Shown here in pieces: positions 1-7,710 of a stretch of 9,788 nucleotides of DNA (position 1 is the stretch's first letter; each line of letters starts with the position of its first letter). The notes below the pieces were generated by a model. That model was not told where the DNA came from and searched no databases. It saw only the letters and a program-made list of their open reading frames with translations. Where the stretch lies: positions 1-9,788 of IMG/VR virus record IMGVR_UViG_2693429554_000021. One strand, given 5' to 3'. Source of the stretch: a virus. Taxonomy: Duplodnaviria; Heunggongvirae; Uroviricota; Caudoviricetes. The translations under genes and the position numbers were made by a program.

Positions 1-483
1 ATGACGAAGAAAAAAGCACATAAACCTGGTTCAGCGACCATCGCGCTTAACAAGCGCGCCCGTCACGAATACTTTATCGAAGAAGAGTTCGAAGCGGGAC
101 TTGCCCTGCAAGGCTGGGAGGTTAAATCCCTGCGCGCAGGAAAAGCCAATATCAGCGACAGCTATGTCCTTCTGCGCGACGGAGAGGCATTTCTGTTTGG
201 CGCTAACATCACGCCAATGGCTGTGGCCTCCACGCATGTGGTGTGCGATCCTACCCGTACCCGCAAGTTACTTCTCAACCAGCGCGAACTGGACTCATTG
301 TACGGTCGCGTCAATCGAGAAGGCTATACCGTAGTGGCGCTCTCCCTGTACTGGAAAAATGCCTGGTGCAAAGTGAAAATCGGCGTCGCCAAAGGTAAAA
401 AACAGCACGATAAACGTTCAGATATCAAAGAACGCGAATGGCAGGTGGATAAAGCGCGTATCATGAAAAACGCCCATCGTTAA
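1..483 (+). CDS. smpB: SsrA-binding protein SmpB (160 aa, complete)
   Basis: The translation [33 protein letters not shown]... matches enterobacterial SmpB as I recall it; it sits immediately upstream of the tmRNA gene, the conserved synteny. Confidence 0.95.
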
Positions 484-677
484 ACCTATATAAGCGATAC
501 TAATCAAATCCTCACCGCGCCTCCCTATCCGGTGGCGCGAATGAACATCTTGTCGACTGTCAAATCTGACACAGATGTAGCCATCCCATTGCTTAATCGA
601 AAAAAAATAATACTATGCAGGCGCTAATTCCAGGATGATAACGCCTTTTGGGCTAGTCATGCTGCTCATAAATCTGG

Positions 678-683
678 TATACT
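678..683 (+). promoter_or_regulatory. Candidate -10 hexamer (TATACT) of the ssrA promoter
   Basis: TATACT lies about 15 nt upstream of the mature tmRNA 5' end (GGGGCTG at 698); a weak -35 candidate TAGTCA sits at 654-659 with 18-bp spacing. Pattern-based only. Confidence 0.4.
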
Positions 684-697
684 TACCGTTACACATT

Positions 698-1060
698 GGG
701 GCTGATTCTGGATTCGACGGGATTTGCGAAACCCAAGGTGCATGCCGAGGGGCGGTTGGCCTCGTAAAAAGCCGCAAAAAATAGTCGCAAACGACGAAAG
801 CTACGCTTTAGCAGCTTAATAACCTGCTTAGAGCCCTCTCTCCCTAGCCTCCGCTCTTAGGACGGGGATCAAGAGAGGTCAAACCCAAAAGAGATCGCGT
901 GGAAGCCCTGCCTGGGGTTGAAGCGTTAAAACTTAATCAGGCTAGTTTGTTAGTGGCGTGTCCGTCCGCAGCTGGCAAGCGAATGTAAAGACTGACTAAG
1001 CATGTAGTACCGAGGATGTAGGAATTTCGGACGCGGGTTCAACTCCCGCCAGCTCCACCA
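698..1060 (+). ncRNA. ssrA: tmRNA (SsrA), 363 nt, from GGGGCUGAUUC to the 3' ...GCUCCACCA
   Basis: Canonical 5' GGGGCTGATTCTGGATTCGACGGG and 3' GGGTTCAACTCCCGCCAGCTCCACCA ends of the tRNA-like domain; internal tag ORF GCA AAC GAC GAA AGC TAC GCT TTA GCA GCT TAA TAA at 787-822. Confidence 0.95.
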
Positions 1061-1106
1061 AAATTCTCCATCGGTGATTACCAGAGTCATCCGATGAAGT
1101 CCTAAG

Positions 1107-1139
1107 AGCCCGCACGGCACAAGCCCTGCGGGCTTTTTT
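1107..1139 (+). terminator. Rho-independent terminator downstream of ssrA
   Basis: Stem AGCCCGCA (1107-1114) pairs with TGCGGGCT (1127-1134), followed by TTTTTT. Confidence 0.7.
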
Positions 1140-1194
1140 GTGTCTTCAATTTGTCCCGCGAAGTCCGAAGAGAACTAATTAAATCCGAACCTTT

Positions 1195-1245
1195 TAGGCC
1201 CATTGATAGGCCCAACGAAAAGCTCTATTGTTTTCGTTGGGCCTA
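1195..1245. repeat. Repeat cluster upstream of the integrase start: two direct TAGGCCCA copies plus a perfect 15-bp inverted repeat
   Basis: TAGGCCCA at 1195-1202 and 1207-1214; TAGGCCCAACGAAAA (1207-1221) is the exact reverse complement of TTTTCGTTGGGCCTA (1231-1245), with a 9-nt spacer. No U-tract follows on either strand, so it is not an intrinsic terminator. Confidence 0.6.
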
Positions 1246-1263
1246 AACGCATGGAGACTCCCC

Positions 1264-2454
1264 ATGGCAAGAAAAACCAAGCCGTTAACCGATACGGAAA
1301 TCAAAGCCGCCAAACCTAAAGATGCCGATTACCAGCTTTATGATGGTGATGGGCTGACCCTGTTAATAAAGTCCAGCGGTAGTAAGCTCTGGCAGTTCCG
1401 TTACTATCGGCCTCTAACCAAACAGCGAACCAAGCAGAGCTTCGGTGCCTACCCTGCTGTCTCCCTTTCTCATGCGCGTAAACTCAGAGCTGAATCTCGA
1501 GTTTTGTTGGCAAAAGATATTGATCCTCAGGAACACCAGAAAGAACAGGTGAGGAATTCTCAAGAGGCCAAAACCAACACCTTCTTGTTAGTTGCCGAGC
1601 GTTGGTGGAATGTGAAGAAAGCCAGCGTAACAGAGGACTATGCCGACGATATCTGGCGCTCGCTTGAGAGAGATGTTTTCCCAGCAATCGGTGATATCAG
1701 CGTCACTGAGATTAAGGCTCATACTCTGGTTAAAGCTGTTCAGCCGGTTCAGGCCAGAGGTGCATTAGAGACTGTTCGCCGCCTTTGTCAGCGTATTAAC
1801 GAAGTCATGATTTATGCGCAGAACACAGGCCTGATTGATGCAGTTCCCAGTGTAAATATCGGAAAAGCGTTCGAGAAACCGCAAAAGAAAAACATGCCGA
1901 GTATCCGTCCGGATCAGCTTCCACAGTTAATGCAAACAATGCGTACAGCAAGTATCAGTATGTCAACGCGGTGCTTGTTCATGTGGCAGCTTCTCACCAT
2001 TACCCGCCCTGCCGAAGCCGCTGAGGCACGATGGGATGAGATCGATTTCAGTGCTAAAGAATGGAAAATTCCAGCAGCTCGTATGAAGATGAACCGAGAC
2101 CATACGGTTCCACTATCGGATGAGGCTCTTTCTATTCTGGAAATGATGAAGTCACTCAGTGGTGGCCGAGAGTTTATCTTTCCCAGTCGCATCAAACCAA
2201 CCCAGCCAATGAACAGCCAAACAGTTAATGCCGCACTTAAGCGTGCTGGCTTAGGAGGCGTACTCGTATCACACGGTTTACGCTCTATCGCTAGTACGGC
2301 ACTCAATGAGGAAGGATTCCCGCCTGATGTCATTGAAGCAGCACTGGCTCATGTAGACAAAAATGAGGTACGTCGCGCTTACAACCGCAGTGATTACCTT
2401 GAGCAACGTCGTCCGATGATGCAGTGGTGGGCTTACTTTGTAGTGGCACACTGA
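1264..2454 (+). CDS. intA: P4-type tyrosine integrase (IntA-like), 396 aa as encoded; last four codons and the stop are supplied by the IS left end
   Basis: MARKTKPLTDTEIKAAKPKDADYQLYDGDGLTLLIKSSG... is the N-terminus typical of P4-family integrases next to ssrA; C-terminal HxxR...Y region (ALAHVDKNEVRRAYNRSDY) is present. ATG at 1264 with GGAG 7 nt upstream; the ORF-track start at 1228 is an upstream TTG. Codons 2440-2454 lie inside the IS inverted repeat. Confidence 0.9.
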   Translation: MARKTKPLTDTEIKAAKPKDADYQLYDGDGLTLLIKSSGSKLWQFRYYRPLTKQRTKQSFGAYPAVSLSHARKLRAESRVLLAKDIDPQEHQKEQVRNSQEAKTNTFLLVAERWWNVKKASVTEDYADDIWRSLERDVFPAIGDISVTEIKAHTLVKAVQPVQARGALETVRRLCQRINEVMIYAQNTGLIDAVPSVNIGKAFEKPQKKNMPSIRPDQLPQLMQTMRTASISMSTRCLFMWQLLTITRPAEAAEARWDEIDFSAKEWKIPAARMKMNRDHTVPLSDEALSILEMMKSLSGGREFIFPSRIKPTQPMNSQTVNAALKRAGLGGVLVSHGLRSIASTALNEEGFPPDVIEAALAHVDKNEVRRAYNRSDYLEQRRPMMQWWAYFVVAH

Positions 2455-2510
2455 ATTTGGCCACCTGAACAGAGGTGATATGCTCACCTCAGAACAACAC
2501 AGGTGCTCCA

Positions 2511-3681
<1,171 letters not shown>

Positions 3682-3689
3682 CCACTACA

Positions 3690-3780
3690 CTACCTTCAGA
3701 TACGATGCTGCCTCTTCACGAGTGAAGATTTCTTCTTCCACCTGGAATCTCCATTTATTGAGTTGGTATTATTGCGGTAG
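3690..3780 (+). other. Possible displaced 3' end of the integrase gene (about 30 codons in frame with the pre-insertion intA frame)
   Basis: Joining the sequence before the IS to the sequence after it keeps the intA frame open to TAG at 3778-3780. A 30-codon open stretch has a fair chance of occurring randomly, so this is weakly supported. Confidence 0.35.
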
Positions 3781-3807
3781 GTCTGGATATCATTGAGCAA
3801 TGAACAG

Positions 3808-3836
3808 GCCTCATCGAGTGTGAGGCGGTGTTATTT
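3808..3836 (+). terminator. Candidate hairpin plus U-rich tract between the convergent intA tail and the 114-aa gene
   Basis: GCCTCA (3808-3813) pairs with TGAGGC (3821-3826), followed by GGTGTTATTT. Short stem and interrupted U-tract. Confidence 0.3.
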
Positions 3837-3841
3837 CATGG

Positions 3842-4186
3842 TTAGTCCTTGCGTAGCTCGCTGATTCTTCTGTAAGTCTCTGGTGCTTTGTTTCCGTGTA
3901 TCTTCATTTCTGACTTCAACAGAGCAACGAGGGAATCCCATTCGTTGAGGATGCCTTTGAATGCCGGAACGCGCTTTGCAACCTTGTCGAATGAATCTCT
4001 GATTTCTGGAATCTGCTCAACAAGTGCAACGCATCGTCTGAAATCGGCTGCGTCATGTGGAGCACCGAAGCTATGACCATAGATATTCTTTTTCAGTCCA
4101 CATGCGATTGAGGCAAGAGTTGCGCTACTGATGCCAACATCGCCAGTCGATTGCCATTTCAAAACCTTCATAGCCAAATCTGACAT
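3842..4186 (-). CDS. Hypothetical protein, 114 aa, no family recognised
   Basis: Uninterrupted minus-strand ORF (MSDLAMKVLKWQSTGDVGISSATLASIACGLKKNIYGHSFGAPHD...) with GGAGA 7 nt upstream of the ATG; AT-rich composition by eye. Function unknown. Confidence 0.6.
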   Translation of the reverse strand: MSDLAMKVLKWQSTGDVGISSATLASIACGLKKNIYGHSFGAPHDAADFRRCVALVEQIPEIRDSFDKVAKRVPAFKGILNEWDSLVALLKSEMKIHGNKAPETYRRISELRKD

Positions 4187-4200
4187 TTCTTGTCTCCAAT

Positions 4201-4226
4201 AAAAAAACCGCCATCAGGCGGCTTGG
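4201..4226 (-). terminator. Strong intrinsic-terminator-like hairpin with a U7 tract, 15 nt upstream of the 114-aa gene start
   Basis: On the minus strand: GCCGCC-TGAT-GGCGG followed by TTTTTTT, then the RBS GGAGAC and the ATG at 4186. Confidence 0.6.
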
Positions 4227-4381
4227 TGTTCTTTCAGTTCTTCAATTCGAATATTGGTTATGTCTGCATGTGCTATCTGCGCCCATATTATCCAGTGGTC
4301 ATAGCAGTCGTTGATGTTCTCTGTTTCGATAACCCTGTTGAATGGCTCTCCATTCCATTCTCCTGTGACTCGGAAGTGCAT
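4214..4381 (-). CDS. Possible small ORF, 55 aa, acidic, unknown function; stop codon sits in the loop of the 4201-4226 hairpin
   Basis: Hand translation of the minus strand gives MHFRVTGEWNGEPFNRVIETENINDCYDHWIIWAQIAHADITNIRIEELKEHQAA; it is below the ORF-track size cutoff. GGGGA lies 6 nt upstream of the ATG. It contains four ATA codons and no room for a dedicated promoter, so the call is uncertain. Confidence 0.3.
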   Translation of the reverse strand: MHFRVTGEWNGEPFNRVIETENINDCYDHWIIWAQIAHADITNIRIEELKEHQAA

Positions 4382-4394
4382 TTATCATCCCCAT

Positions 4395-4418
4395 AAAACA
4401 AAACTCGCCGTAGCGAGT
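4395..4418 (-). terminator. Second terminator-like hairpin downstream of the PACE gene
   Basis: On the minus strand: ACTCGC-TACG-GCGAGT followed by TTTTGTTTT. Confidence 0.4.
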
Positions 4419-4423
4419 TCAGA

Positions 4424-4451
4424 TAAAAGAAATCCCCGCGAGGGCGGGGAT
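4424..4451 (-). terminator. Intrinsic terminator downstream of the PACE gene
   Basis: On the minus strand: ATCCCCGC-CCTC-GCGGGGAT (8-bp stem) followed by TTCTTTTAT, about 70 nt after the PACE stop. Confidence 0.6.
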
Positions 4452-4523
4452 GTTAAGTCGGTGGGGGTACAGTATGGATATCGAAAATTATTGCGCGATT
4501 TTCATTACTCCCCTGGGAAAACA

Positions 4524-4982
4524 TTATCTGGCAAGCATACGTTGTTGATGCTGTTTCACAACACGTAAACGTAAGCTGTCATAGGCCCAATTGTAGAACA
4601 TGGTATATGGTAGAAAGAAAAGGAAGAATCCTATCTCTAGTGTAAAAGCCTGTAACAGACTGACGCTCAGAATCCAGGACACCATAATGACGCCGATCGC
4701 GATAAATCCACTTTCAAAGCCCAAAGCATGGAATGCACGAACTTTTGCAGTTCGTTTTACCTGATGAGCAGGCCAGTAGCGATCAAATAGCATGTTATAG
4801 ATGATATTCCAGATCATTGCAGTTGAAGCCAACAAGATAGTCATCCCGCCCATTTCGAGTATAGTTCGCTGCATTAACCATGCTGTGGTGGGGGCCAGAA
4901 TCGCAGTGGCAATTCCTTCAAAGCAAATAGCGTGAAAAATACGCTCAAGTAACGATCTGCGTTGAATCGCATTATGTTGCAT
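4524..4982 (-). CDS. PACE-family (AceI-like, BTP domain) small membrane efflux protein, 152 aa
   Basis: Two tandem repeats each carrying the R-x-F-H-A-x-x-F-E motif (ERIFHAICFEGIATAIL and VRAFHALGFESGFIAIG), hydrophobic segments consistent with 4 TM helices, size about 150 aa, and a divergent LysR partner as in aceI/aceR. GAAAGG RBS upstream of the ATG. Confidence 0.8.
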   Translation of the reverse strand: MQHNAIQRRSLLERIFHAICFEGIATAILAPTTAWLMQRTILEMGGMTILLASTAMIWNIIYNMLFDRYWPAHQVKRTAKVRAFHALGFESGFIAIGVIMVSWILSVSLLQAFTLEIGFFLFFLPYTMFYNWAYDSLRLRVVKQHQQRMLAR

Positions 4983-5031
4983 AACTTACCTTTCTTACAG
5001 TTTCGACCGCGTTATGGAGTTGTGAGATTTT

Positions 5032-5048
5032 TATCGATTTATGTGATA
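5032..5048. promoter_or_regulatory. Candidate LysR-type regulator binding box (TATC-N9-GATA, a T-N11-A motif) in the divergent promoter region
   Basis: TATCGATTTATGTGATA lies between the divergent PACE and LysR starts; it fits the generic LTTR consensus. Pattern only. Confidence 0.4.
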
Positions 5049-5085
5049 TATAAAAGATAGATACCATCGAAAAAATTGATAGATT

Positions 5086-5970
5086 ATGCGTTACTCACTT
5101 GAAGCGTTAAGTACATTTGTTGAAGCGGTTTCCTGTGGCTCCTTTTCTGCTGCGGCACGAAGATTACGCAAAAGTCAGTCCGCAGTCAGTACGTCAATTG
5201 CCAATCTTGAGGTCGATCTTGGTATATCATTATTCGATCGCTCTTCGCGAGAACCTGTGCTGACAGAGGAAGGAAAGAAAGTATTGAGTTACGTTCATGC
5301 GATTTTGTCAGCCAGTGAACGTCTTGAGGAGGTGGCGGTTTCGCTTGCCGGAGAGACTGAAGCTCGTCTGACGTTTGTGCTTTCCGATACCCTACACCCT
5401 GACTTATTAGAAGACATCATGGTGCAGTTTGATAGTCAGTTTCCACATACTGAGTTAGAGGTTTTAATTGGTGAGGATGTCGATGTCATCGATCTTTTGC
5501 AAAAAGAACGAGCGCAGATCGGCTTAATTGAGTCTCGGGAACACTACCCCACCGATATTGGCTCAACCCGTTTACCGATGCAAGCGTGGATGGGCATTTA
5601 TGTTTCGGCGTCACATCCACTGTCTGCAGAAAAAACAATCCAGCGGGAACAACTTCATTCATGGCGAGAACTTCGTCTTAATACTTATATCGATAACCGG
5701 GAGATGATTGCCCGTGGACCGGTTTGGTCTGCACCTAACTATTTGTTGTTACTCAGTATGGCCGTACAGGGATTTGGCTGGTGCTCTCTGCCCTGTGCTC
5801 TGGTTGAGGAGTTTGCAACAGAAAAACCGCTGGTTCAGCTCGACGTACCTGGCTGGCCAAAGGCAATTTCTATCGATCTGCTTTGGAATAAAAAATCGCC
5901 ACCAGGCGCGGCTGGAAATTGGCTTAAGCATCATTTACAGCATATCAATGCCCCAAATAGTCGAACTTAG
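5086..5970 (+). CDS. LysR-type transcriptional regulator (AceR-like by context), 294 aa
   Basis: N-terminal HTH signature LEALSTFVEAVSCGSFSAAARRLRKSQSAVSTSIANLEVDLGISLFDRSSREPVLTEEG; length and divergent arrangement are typical of LTTRs. Confidence 0.85.
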   Translation: MRYSLEALSTFVEAVSCGSFSAAARRLRKSQSAVSTSIANLEVDLGISLFDRSSREPVLTEEGKKVLSYVHAILSASERLEEVAVSLAGETEARLTFVLSDTLHPDLLEDIMVQFDSQFPHTELEVLIGEDVDVIDLLQKERAQIGLIESREHYPTDIGSTRLPMQAWMGIYVSASHPLSAEKTIQREQLHSWRELRLNTYIDNREMIARGPVWSAPNYLLLLSMAVQGFGWCSLPCALVEEFATEKPLVQLDVPGWPKAISIDLLWNKKSPPGAAGNWLKHHLQHINAPNSRT

Positions 5971-6171
5971 ATTAGTTAAAATATGGAATCCTGAAATAAT
6001 CTATGTTGATATGTGGAGCCATCTTCCAGGCTCCCACCTAAATCATGTTAGCAGTTCCATTTTTTTGATGATTTCCGCATGAGCATCATCGTTATCCCCA
6101 GCGACAAATTGAATACAAAACCAGTGCTACCGCCATTGCAATTCCTACCGTTGCGAATGCTTCAGGCCAGC

Positions 6172-6954
6172 TCATTGATTCACCTCCTGCGGCGGTTCTG
6201 GTAGTGGCATCCAATTGATTACATCGCATTCAGGGATGCTGATATCATCACCAAGCCACCCTTGACCTTCAGACCAGCATTGCGCGTAATACCCGTATTC
6301 TGTGTTCACTACGCACCACTGCGCGTCGTTCGGCATTCGCTCACTACAGCTTATCCAACTATCCGGAGTTACCGGAAGCGAGAACGGCAGCACATCTCTG
6401 TGAACAAGTTTTTGCTGTGACAGGTTATCCAGAACTTTCTGTACTGCTGCATCACCGAATACACCAAGCGCATCTGCCATAACTCCTACAACCTGATAAG
6501 CCTCAGCGCATACCGTGGATAAACCATCCGGAATTACCGGAGAGTTGCCGGGTTCTTTAATGTGCAAGCGAGGCTCACCATCTTTTGGCTCAGGCCACTG
6601 GCGCTCCATGTTGATCTTCAATTTATCTTCCATAGCAACGTTAATTTCAGCATCGCTGATGCCAGCACGGCGTTGTGCATCCCACAACAGAAACTGCATA
6701 TCAGCCCACTCGCTAAGATCGTCTGGTTCGGCTGCGGCTTCCAGTGCCTCTTTTGAGAGGTGTTTCAGTGGACCAATGGGGCCAACGCAGCCAAATGTGG
6801 AGTCAGACCATTTGGCATGCTCGTGGCGAATCTGTTCGCGTTCCAGTGATGCCAGTGCAATTCGTGCCAGTTCCATTTGTTCGCCACGAGTAAGCCCGTT
6901 TTCAAGCGGATTTTTAATGAACAATTCAATACGTTCTTTGGTAATAGTGGTCAT
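6172..6954 (-). CDS. Phage protein with an N-terminal MazG-like nucleotide pyrophosphohydrolase region (DUF550-like) and a C-terminal DUF551-like region, 260 aa
   Basis: N-terminal ExxE...ExxD pattern (KEALEAAAEPDDLSEWAD) of all-alpha NTP pyrophosphatases; C-terminal ...CDVINWMPLPEPPQ resembles the phage DUF551 signature. ATGA overlap with the upstream gene at 6951-6954. Domain calls are from memory of family motifs. Confidence 0.7.
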   Translation of the reverse strand: MTTITKERIELFIKNPLENGLTRGEQMELARIALASLEREQIRHEHAKWSDSTFGCVGPIGPLKHLSKEALEAAAEPDDLSEWADMQFLLWDAQRRAGISDAEINVAMEDKLKINMERQWPEPKDGEPRLHIKEPGNSPVIPDGLSTVCAEAYQVVGVMADALGVFGDAAVQKVLDNLSQQKLVHRDVLPFSLPVTPDSWISCSERMPNDAQWCVVNTEYGYYAQCWSEGQGWLGDDISIPECDVINWMPLPEPPQEVNQ

Positions 6955-7160
6955 GTGTTAATCCTCAAAACTTTATGCCCGGGCGCAAAAGTACGTGTTT
7001 TGTCTTTGCTTATTCGCCACCCATCTTTACGGGCCTCTTTTGCACAACCAGACCATGACGTACCGATATACTCACCGAAGTCTGGCACTGGATATACACC
7101 TTCCGTACACTGGCGACAATCACAATAGAGATGCATGGTATAACTTGCGGCAATAGCCAT
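6951..7160 (-). CDS. Small Cys-rich hypothetical protein, 69 aa, possibly metal-binding
   Basis: MAIAASYTMHLYCDCRQCTEGVYPVPDFGEYIGTSWSGCAKEARKDGWRISKDKTRTFAPGHKVLRINT; the internal ATG at 7160 has GGAGA 5 nt upstream and lies next to the Ea22-like stop. The ORF-track extension to 7283 overlaps the upstream gene. Confidence 0.5.
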   Translation of the reverse strand: MAIAASYTMHLYCDCRQCTEGVYPVPDFGEYIGTSWSGCAKEARKDGWRISKDKTRTFAPGHKVLRINT

Positions 7161-7161
7161 A

Positions 7162-7710
7162 TCAGTCTCCTTTGATGCGAATACCAGCAGCGCGGATAGA
7201 TTTCCATTGTTCCCACATGCGGTTGAAGTCTGTTCCTGATAAGGTCGCGTTACGGTATCCAGTTTCGGTGCGCAATCCTTCAAGCGTCGATTTGGAAATA
7301 CAAATTGAATGCATTACCCATGATTCAAACAAATCACGCTCCCGAGCTTCGCAACTTTGTTTACTCATCTCTTCAATGCATTGTTTAGCTTCTAAATCAG
7401 CAATTCTGTCAACCACGGCATCGACAGCATCTGAAAAGCCGAACCAGTTGCTCCACTCCGGCCTGTTACCGGTTGCTGCAAAGTACATATCATCTAAAGC
7501 AGACTCAGCATGGTCACGCTCGTTAATGAGTTGCTCTTCGCTTTTCTCCAGTTCTGCAATACGCTTGTTTTGGGATTCCCGTTCATCCAGCAGCGCCAGC
7601 ACAATCGATGGTGTTACCAGCTCATGGAAAAGGTCCGCATCAAATCCCCAGTCGTCATGCATTGCCTGCTCTGCCGCTTCACGCAGTGCCTGAGAGTTAA
7701 TTTCGCTCAC
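7162..7710 (-). CDS. Ea22-like early-left operon protein, 182 aa
   Basis: Same length as lambda Ea22, and the N-terminus MSEINSQALREAAEQAMHDDWGFDADLFHELVTPSIVL matches my recollection of Ea22; GTG start overlapping the upstream stop (GTGA). Confidence 0.65.
   Translation of the reverse strand: MSEINSQALREAAEQAMHDDWGFDADLFHELVTPSIVLALLDERESQNKRIAELEKSEEQLINERDHAESALDDMYFAATGNRPEWSNWFGFSDAVDAVVDRIADLEAKQCIEEMSKQSCEARERDLFESWVMHSICISKSTLEGLRTETGYRNATLSGTDFNRMWEQWKSIRAAGIRIKGD

Noticed and set aside
31-334. ORF-track entries 31-237 (minus) and 101-334 (plus) inside smpB
   Set aside because: They lie fully within the well-supported smpB coding frame, on the opposite strand or an alternative frame, with no start context; they are overprinting artefacts.
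515-539. Short inverted repeat (CGCGCC...GGCGCG) downstream of smpB as a possible terminator
   Set aside because: The 6-bp stem has a 12-nt loop and no U-tract follows; not convincing as an intrinsic terminator.
1484-2333. Minus-strand ORFs 1484-1687 and 1914-2333 inside the integrase gene
   Set aside because: Antisense to a confidently identified integrase, with no recognisable motifs; typical spurious antisense ORFs.
2475-2510. Upstream GTG start for IS911 orfA proposed by the ORF track
   Set aside because: The conserved OrfA N-terminus begins [10 protein letters not shown] at the ATG at 2511; the 12-codon extension is not part of known OrfA.
4190-4568. Plus-strand ORFs 4190-4396 and 4311-4568 in the cargo region
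   Set aside because: They start with TTG or have weak context and run antisense to the terminator hairpins and the candidate minus-strand ORF; not supported as genes.
5708-6082. Plus-strand ORF 5708-6082 overlapping the LysR 3' end
   Set aside because: It is an alternative frame inside a confidently identified LysR gene extending into the intergenic region, with no family signature.
6515-7693. Plus-strand ORFs 6515-6961, 6562-6756, 6877-7128 and 7172-7693 antisense to the phage operon
   Set aside because: They are antisense to a tightly packed, translationally coupled minus-strand operon with recognisable products; Ser/Ala-rich low-complexity translations typical of antisense frames.
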